Assembly: GCA_016783545.1 (NCBI GenBank)
Contig: JADHWJ010000001.1
Location: 10,369 to 74,368 of the forward strand
Direction of reading: 5' to 3'
Source of the DNA: Candidatus Aenigmatarchaeota archaeon
GTDB lineage: Archaea; Aenigmatarchaeota; Aenigmatarchaeia; QMZP01
Length of the DNA: 64,000 nt
The position numbers were made by a program, and so were the translations under genes. The notes below the pieces were generated by a model, which was not told the origin of the DNA, did no database searches, and worked only from the letters and a program-made list of their open reading frames with translations. Positions 57,640-64,000 of the stretch are shown here, piece by piece; within the stretch, counting starts at the first letter, position 1, and each line of letters opens with the position of its first letter.

Positions 57640-58300
57640 CACTATCTATCCCTCTTAATAGACAATATAAAGGGCATGGAGCCCTTGAAGCTATAACATC
57701 CCAATCTGAACAAGATCAGAAAATCATAGTTTTCGATATTTGGGAGTGGTATTTCAAGGTCGACTCCACAGAAGCTGGCGCTCCTGTCTCTAAGTCTCCC
57801 ACTTACACTACACACCAGATATCTATCAAGGGTTTGGTAGATAGGGAATCGGACCCCAAGCAGAACCATGACCAATAAACTATCCGACCTTGGCCTGCGC
57901 TACACCTTTACTGGTCCACCACCATTCCATGCCCAGGGAATGAATCCCTTCCAACAAGCCGCCGGGGCTTATCCCACAGTCGGCGGCTGTTTAGTCCAAA
58001 CCTTCACGTATCCTCAAAATAAGTATGACCTCGCCGATAAAGGCACTCATACAAACTGGATGCCACCAATCAAGATCACGCACCTTTGTCCTGTTCGGGG
58101 CATTTCCTTTGTGCCACACTTCTAGAAGCCTCTGAAACCCCTCGGATTTCAGCCAACCGACTGTTACTCTTTCAAGATCCATCACAAAATCCCCTCCAAA
58201 GATTCTCCCCAGACGTTGAATGTGGTTCAGAAAGAGACTATTCACTAAGAAAAAGTTCATGCTCTCTGAACAGTGAAAATGGTAGATAACCAACTAAGTT
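57640..58300. ncRNA. GC-rich ORF-free island, probably encoding one or more structured ncRNAs (SRP RNA or RNase P RNA are candidates; identity and strand unresolved)
   Basis: GC is clearly above the genome average and only short overlapping ORFs on both strands are present. Perfect stems occur: AAGGGC-AUGGA-GCCCUU at 57670-57687; GCCGCCG-(GGGCUUAUCCCACAGU)-CGGCGGC at 57958-57987 with a nested GGG-CUUAU-CCC; and GGGAAUGAAUCCC at 57936-57948. Confidence 0.4.
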
Positions 58301-58420
58301 GTTAAACTAAAATTGGCTAATATTTTCATTTGTTCATATGATTTAAAAAGCTTTAAAAGAGGAAACTATTAGATAATTAATAAATACTTATAGACTAATT
58401 AAACATAATTAAGGAATAAT

Positions 58421-59257
58421 ATGGATTATAAACTTTTGCTAATAGTGCCATTATTGTTATTATTCGGTTCAATTGCAATACTTGTAAACGGTTACGTTCA
58501 GACAGGAGAATGGTTTGAAAGGTCAATAGAGCTTCGCGGAGGAACACTGATAACCGTAAATACAGACGAGCAGCAAGATATCAATTCTATAGAAAAACAG
58601 CTCTCAGAAGAGTTTGGTGCAGTTATAGTGAAGGGATTAAGAGGTATAGGTGGATATGGAATACAGATAGAGGTTGGTTCTGATGCAGATTCCAGCAGAA
58701 TCCTAGAGATATTGTCAGAATATATGGATACCTCAAAATCATCTATAGAATCAATAGAGCCGGCTCTTGGAGAGACCTTTTGGAACCAGGCACAACTTGG
58801 AATCATATTAGCGTTCATTTTTATGGGAATAATAGTTTTTGCAATATTTAGAAGTTTTGTTCCTAGTTTTGCTGTTATATTGGCTGCGGTTTCTGACATA
58901 CTAGTTACACTAACACTCATGCAGGTTTTTAAAATAGAACTTACTTTAGCTGGTCTGGCATCGCTTCTAATGCTCATAGGATATAGTATAGACACTGACA
59001 TAATGCTTACAACAAGACTTCTCAAGAGAGCTGGAAATCTCAAAGAAAACATAAACTCAGCATTCAAAACAGGCATAACAATGACAGGAACAACATTGGG
59101 CGCTTTGGCTGTTATATACATTGTTCCAACATCTCCTGTCATAACAGAGATAGCAAGCATATTGTTAATAGGTCTTGTTATTGATGTTATTATGACATGG
59201 CTGCAGAATTCTGTTCTGTTAAGATGGTATGTAGAAAGGAGAAATGTAATATGCTAA
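58421..59257 (+). CDS. secF: protein-export membrane protein SecF
   Basis: N-terminal TM, then ELRGGTLITV, a periplasmic-type domain, and a C-terminal six-TM bundle. It is immediately followed by secD. Confidence 0.8.
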   Translation: MDYKLLLIVPLLLLFGSIAILVNGYVQTGEWFERSIELRGGTLITVNTDEQQDINSIEKQLSEEFGAVIVKGLRGIGGYGIQIEVGSDADSSRILEILSEYMDTSKSSIESIEPALGETFWNQAQLGIILAFIFMGIIVFAIFRSFVPSFAVILAAVSDILVTLTLMQVFKIELTLAGLASLLMLIGYSIDTDIMLTTRLLKRAGNLKENINSAFKTGITMTGTTLGALAVIYIVPTSPVITEIASILLIGLVIDVIMTWLQNSVLLRWYVERRNVIC

Positions 59258-61038
59258 AACATTGGCGTGTATTGATATTATTGGTAATGTTGTTAGGTGC
59301 TGTATTATCCATAGGACTAAAATTATATCCTTATGGAAGGTATGGAGTGGAAATCGTTTATATAACAGATGACTCTCCCGCTAGAGATGTTATTGAAAAT
59401 GGTATGCAGATAACAGAACTGAATGGTGAACGAATAGAAAATTCAGAAGATTGGAATAGAAGAATAAGCAACCTGACAGGGAATATATCTTTGCGAGCTA
59501 ATGGTGAGATATATGAAATAGAGATTGTTGACATACTTGGGATAGATGTGATGGATATAGAGAGGACAAATTTGGAATTTGGCCTTGATTTAAGAGGTGG
59601 GACAAGGATAATTTTAACACCTGAGAATGTAACTGATAAAGAAACAATGGATCAGATTTTAGCAACTCTGCAGACAAGAGCAAACCTTTACGGACTAAAG
59701 GAAATAAAGTTTTATTCGATAAAAGGAGAGCGATCATATATACAGGTAGAGGCTACTGGACTTGGAAGTGAGGTTGTAAACCAGCTGCTTTCAACACAGG
59801 GTAAGTTTGAGGCAAAGGTTGGAAAACCAGTTACAATAAATGATAATAAAGGAAACTTCATCTTAGGTGATAGGAGTTATCCTGTTACATATAATAATGG
59901 TACAGTAGAGATAAACAATTCTTTAATACAGTCAAATGATACATTTACCCTTGAAGGAATACTGTTTCAATATCTGAATAAAACAGACGATAAACTGATA
60001 TTTCTTGGAACAGTGTATGAAGGGGAAGACATAGAACTTGTTTATACAGATCCTCAGAGATCTGGTATAGTACCAAGAGGTGGAGGATATAACTTTTATT
60101 TTGTTGTTCTGGTCTCCCAAGACGGTGCGCAGAGGTTTGCAGACGTGACAACAGGCATACCAAAGATTTTGGATATAGAGATAGGAGAAGAATATCTGGA
60201 TTCGAACATATACCTTTTCCTTGATAACAAGCTTGTTTCAAGTCTGAGAATAGGAGAGAGTCTTGGAGGAGAGGTTTATACAACTCCACAGATACAGGGA
60301 TCAAGACTGAATATGGAAGATGCTATAGAAGAGAAATTAAGGCTGCAGACAATATTGAGATCAGGTGCTCTTCCAACAAAGCTGGAAACAGTTTCTGTTG
60401 ATATTATATCACCAACACTTGGAAAGGGCTTTTTCAGCTCAACTCTATACGCAGGTCTTTTTGCTGGTATTGCGGTTATAATCATAATATTCCTCAGATA
60501 TAGGAGCATAAAATTAGCATTACCACTGGTCTTCATTGGACTTTCAGAGGTGTTGATAATACTGGGAATTGCAGCAACAAATGATTCGTTTATATGGGGG
60601 ACTGTTATGGTTGTAAATGCCTCAATCGCTATTTTAGCGTGGTGGAAAAAACAAGAGATGGATATATACGCATGGGCAGGTGTTATAATCATACCATTGC
60701 TTGGTATGCTGTCATGGACAATAGATCTTCCTACAATAGGCGGAATAATAGCTGCGATAGGAACAGGCGTAGATCATCAGATAATAATAGCAGATGAAGT
60801 GGTTATTGGAAGAAAGATAGAAGAGAAGATATTCTTCAGTATGAAGGAGAAGATAAAGTCTGCATTCTTTATCATATTTGGTGCAGCAGCAACCACAATT
60901 GCTGCAATGGTGCCTTTGGTATTCTTGGGCATAGGTTTAGTGAGAGGATTTGCAATAACAACAATGATAGGTGTTCTTGTTGGCATATTGATAACAAGGC
61001 CTGCATATGCGAAGATAGTTGAAGTGTTGTTTAAGTAA
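59251..61038 (+). CDS. secD: protein-export membrane protein SecD
   Basis: LDLRGGTRIIL is present after the N-terminal TM. A large extracytoplasmic domain and C-terminal TM bundle follow. I chose the start at MLKHW (59251) to minimise overlap with secF. Confidence 0.8.
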   Translation: MLKHWRVLILLVMLLGAVLSIGLKLYPYGRYGVEIVYITDDSPARDVIENGMQITELNGERIENSEDWNRRISNLTGNISLRANGEIYEIEIVDILGIDVMDIERTNLEFGLDLRGGTRIILTPENVTDKETMDQILATLQTRANLYGLKEIKFYSIKGERSYIQVEATGLGSEVVNQLLSTQGKFEAKVGKPVTINDNKGNFILGDRSYPVTYNNGTVEINNSLIQSNDTFTLEGILFQYLNKTDDKLIFLGTVYEGEDIELVYTDPQRSGIVPRGGGYNFYFVVLVSQDGAQRFADVTTGIPKILDIEIGEEYLDSNIYLFLDNKLVSSLRIGESLGGEVYTTPQIQGSRLNMEDAIEEKLRLQTILRSGALPTKLETVSVDIISPTLGKGFFSSTLYAGLFAGIAVIIIIFLRYRSIKLALPLVFIGLSEVLIILGIAATNDSFIWGTVMVVNASIAILAWWKKQEMDIYAWAGVIIIPLLGMLSWTIDLPTIGGIIAAIGTGVDHQIIIADEVVIGRKIEEKIFFSMKEKIKSAFFIIFGAAATTIAAMVPLVFLGIGLVRGFAITTMIGVLVGILITRPAYAKIVEVLFK

Positions 61039-61057
61039 CATTTATTTTCAAAAGAAA

Positions 61058-63997
61058 TTACTTTTGCCAAGGCCTTTTCTTTTTCCTTTTAGTAGCAGAC
61101 TTGACCCTTTTCTTTACATGATGAACAGCTCTTTTTATGTTTTCACTTCTGTTTTTTTTTGGACTGAAACCGCGCTGTGGGCTATATCCAGAAGGAGGTG
61201 GTAAAAGTAAATAAAGGAGTAGTACAGCAACAATAATTGCCACAGTCACACCAACCCATAACCATGGATTAAGCCACCATGCACCGGCAGCTTTTTCTAT
61301 AACTTCTTTGAACTCGGACTTTACCCTTTCCAATTCAGTTAGTGTGCTGTTAAGTGTTGTTGTAAGCTCTGTGAGAATAGTTTCTGCGGTTGCATAATTC
61401 TCATTGTTTATTGCAGTTAGTGCAGAAGTTAGCTTTTCATTACTGCTATTCAGTAGACGTTCAACCTCAGTGAGATTTTCACTAGGCACAACACCATAAG
61501 AAACTATGCTCCTAAATTCTGTTGATAGGTTGCTGAATATGGAAAGAAGCGAATAATATGATTCGTTTATTCCTTCAAGTCTTTCAGTTGTTACCATTAC
61601 ATCAAAAAGGAATGTTTTTTCATTCTTTATTGTATCTCTGGCTGCATTTTCATAAGCAATAAATTTGCCTGAATGATTTCCTAGTGAAGAAGTATTTGAT
61701 ATATTAAATGTTACATTGTATACACAGCTCGCATTTAATCCAAGTGAACAGGAAGCAGGTGCGACAGATGCTGTGATATCACTGCTTATATCTATATCAA
61801 GCTTGGATAATATTGCCCTCTGACCTGTATTGTTAACTCTTATTTTTGTAAAGTTTGAACCCCCTGGAATACCACTCAAAAAGCTTACATGCTCTGTAAT
61901 AAGAAGTGAATCAGGTATACAAATATGATTTACTATGGCTCCCAAAGAACAGGGTACGGCTTTACATGTGCTTGTACTGGTGTCACAATATTGATTTGAA
62001 GCGCAGGTTGAATTTGAACTGCAAGAGTCACCTGTGCCTGCATTATTATTATTACCACTAGATGTAGAAACCTCAACAACTGACACACCACCGGATATGC
62101 TGGAATATGTATTGTCTGTTGCTGTGATTGATACTGGGCATGCTGTTGTGGAGCTCACATTTCCAGCTGTAAGACTCCAATAGTACCAGCAGATTTCAGT
62201 CCCGTTTTCAGTTATGTTTATCTGAGCCACATTGCTTCCGGTTGCATAAGAACCACACCCATCTTTTTTGTTGTTAAGCACGGGTGTTATAGTGCTGCAG
62301 GTTGATAATGTTATGTTACCAGTTGCAGGTAGATTACCAAAATTCACAACACTCATATTGTAATAGATAACAGTGTCCTCATTTGTTGTCCGATTCGCAT
62401 TGCTTATGAAAGTAATGTTCAGTCCAGTTCTATTAATTGTTAGAGGATAATTATAATTGCTTCCAGAGAACGAAAGGTTGTCCTTGATATAACTGGCATT
62501 CACATATACTCGATATTTTCCGCCAGGTATACCTGTTGGTATGCTTACGTTTATGTTATATATATTTGAAGAGTAGAGTGGTGAAGTGCCATTGTATTCT
62601 GTTAGAAAACTGCTGCTTGACGTTGGATATCTGTATGTTGTGACATTATTTTCCACAAGCCATACTGTAAAGTTCTCTAGTTGAAGAGCATTTATCAGTG
62701 TATTGTTCAGCAATGAAACATTTGTAAATATAGTTATATTCTCAGCCCTTGAGACATTCTCAATTTCAGTGTTTCCATCAGCTGTTTTTATCTGCGTTAT
62801 ATTAACAATAAGGTCATTTGTAAGATTTACCTGAACTGTCAGGTTAAAGCCCTGATAAGGGTATGCATCTGTTGCATTAAGATATATCCAGCCTGCATAC
62901 ACACCTTCCCGATTACCTGTTTCATTGGTGTCTACTGTAAAGTTTATTTCCATTTGGGTACTGGAACCAATCGTAAGGTTATTTGGACATGAATATGAGA
63001 AGTTTATACCATAACTGCTGCTTGTGAGATTAGTTGAATTTGTGCAGTTAATTGATGTGATGTTTCTGTTTCCTGTGTTGTTTATTGGTATTGATATCTG
63101 CAAATCAGTACCGCTCCTATTAAATCCTATATTATCTCTTATCTGGACAGTATCAGATTCAAATGTACTGTTTACCAGAAGAGTGCCTGTTGTCACATTT
63201 ACTGAAAGAGGTGTTGAGAGTATTGCTCCTCTACTATCTCTGTAATCGAAAAATCCTTGGTATAGACCACTGATACTTGTATTTGGTATGGTAAATGTTA
63301 GAGCAAAGTTCTTTGTGTAATTGCTTACATTAGTTATGTTAAGGCTTGTTGTTGTATAATTAGAGCTTAGCCAAGTGTTTACAAAGAACATAAGATCGAT
63401 TGTATAGTTGCCGTTCATGACAGTGTTGTTTAGAACCTCTGCCCTCCAAATACCTTTGGTGATAGATGTTGTTTCAATAAACTCTTCTTGCATTGCCCCT
63501 GTGACATTTGCATTCACTCTTTTACCTGTTGAATTGGAAACCAATGTTCCATTTGGCAAATACAAACTGAGAGTGTAATTTGTTCCATCTGTCCAATTGA
63601 TCAAAGTCTTTACCCGTGTTGCGTATGAAGGAACAGTGAAAGTATAATTATTTGCTATGGTTGAATTAGACCTATCCAAATGATAAAATCTCTTTAATTC
63701 TACTGTACTTAATGAGGTAAGATTTCCATCATTCCTCAAAGTAATATTAACAGTGGTGTTCTCGCTAATATTCATCTCACCAAAACTTAGATTATATATT
63801 GTATTGTTATTGCTAGTGTTTGTCAAATTCAATGATGTGAAATATAAATTACCAGTGTAGTTTTCTGCTGCTGTGAAATTTCCATATAACCTTATCTCCC
63901 ATAGACCAGGCGTTAGATAGCTGTAATTAAGCACTTCAGAATTAGTGCTTTTACCTGCTGACTTGGAAGCGAATAACGAATTATTGAAAAGAAACAT
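61058..63997 (-). CDS. S-layer/surface glycoprotein candidate: Asn/Thr-rich with dense N-x-S/T sequons and a C-terminal TM anchor; the N-terminus probably lies beyond the window
   Basis: At least 979 aa with dozens of N-x-[ST] sequons (NFTA, NYTG, NLTN, NTSN, NISE, NTTV, ...). The C-terminus is WLWVGVTVAIIVAVLLLYLLL followed by the basic tail KKRVKSATKRKKKRPWQK. There is no signal peptide at the first in-window Met, and the frame is open to the window edge. Confidence 0.5.
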   Translation of the reverse strand: MFLFNNSLFASKSAGKSTNSEVLNYSYLTPGLWEIRLYGNFTAAENYTGNLYFTSLNLTNTSNNNTIYNLSFGEMNISENTTVNITLRNDGNLTSLSTVELKRFYHLDRSNSTIANNYTFTVPSYATRVKTLINWTDGTNYTLSLYLPNGTLVSNSTGKRVNANVTGAMQEEFIETTSITKGIWRAEVLNNTVMNGNYTIDLMFFVNTWLSSNYTTTSLNITNVSNYTKNFALTFTIPNTSISGLYQGFFDYRDSRGAILSTPLSVNVTTGTLLVNSTFESDTVQIRDNIGFNRSGTDLQISIPINNTGNRNITSINCTNSTNLTSSSYGINFSYSCPNNLTIGSSTQMEINFTVDTNETGNREGVYAGWIYLNATDAYPYQGFNLTVQVNLTNDLIVNITQIKTADGNTEIENVSRAENITIFTNVSLLNNTLINALQLENFTVWLVENNVTTYRYPTSSSSFLTEYNGTSPLYSSNIYNINVSIPTGIPGGKYRVYVNASYIKDNLSFSGSNYNYPLTINRTGLNITFISNANRTTNEDTVIYYNMSVVNFGNLPATGNITLSTCSTITPVLNNKKDGCGSYATGSNVAQINITENGTEICWYYWSLTAGNVSSTTACPVSITATDNTYSSISGGVSVVEVSTSSGNNNNAGTGDSCSSNSTCASNQYCDTSTSTCKAVPCSLGAIVNHICIPDSLLITEHVSFLSGIPGGSNFTKIRVNNTGQRAILSKLDIDISSDITASVAPASCSLGLNASCVYNVTFNISNTSSLGNHSGKFIAYENAARDTIKNEKTFLFDVMVTTERLEGINESYYSLLSIFSNLSTEFRSIVSYGVVPSENLTEVERLLNSSNEKLTSALTAINNENYATAETILTELTTTLNSTLTELERVKSEFKEVIEKAAGAWWLNPWLWVGVTVAIIVAVLLLYLLLPPPSGYSPQRGFSPKKNRSENIKRAVHHVKKRVKSATKRKKKRPWQK

Positions 63998-64000
63998 ATC

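Noticed and set aside
57642-58293. Four overlapping short ORFs (57642-57875 minus, 57868-58125 plus, 57991-58293 minus, 58086-58289 plus)
   Set aside because: They mutually overlap on both strands in a GC-rich, hairpin-dense island and have no start context. I interpreted the region as ncRNA instead.
1-64000. Looked for CRISPR arrays, rRNA genes and additional tRNAs in all intergenic gaps
   Set aside because: No regularly spaced direct repeats with unique spacers were found. I found no rRNA-like conserved blocks. Only one tRNA-like cloverleaf (35676-35789) was found by eye.

Overview
This window is a low-GC (about one-third GC), gene-dense archaeal chromosomal segment, probably from a DPANN-like lineage. 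I infer that from gene content (archaeal NAC, Spt5, SecE, the L11-L1-P0-P1 cluster, archaeal-type PheRS/GlyRS/AlaRS, Orc1/Cdc6, family-B polymerase, Hjc, mevalonate and ether-lipid genes) and a tRNA with a non-canonical T-loop intron. It spans a probable replication origin at 14929-15194: ORB-like repeats plus an AT-rich unwinding region directly upstream of orc1. The orc1 gene heads an apparent operon containing a short, catalytically inactivated PolD-small-subunit (DP1)-like protein and an OB-fold protein. The family-B polymerase carries an extra C-terminal C4 zinc ribbon. Together these suggest a eukaryote-like PolB plus inactive B-subunit arrangement; this is inference. Other notable elements are an intein with a LAGLIDADG endonuclease inside a geranylgeranyl reductase gene, and a free-standing HTH-LAGLIDADG-zinc-ribbon gene with a small AbrB-like ORF wedged between pheS and pheT. 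There is also an IS200-type transposase inside a ~12 kb cluster of giant Cys-rich surface proteins (one with a pilin-like class III signal peptide). The window further contains a second surface-protein operon with a repeated CC-x-DCGC module, and a GC-rich ORF-free island that probably encodes a structured ncRNA. No CRISPR array was seen.
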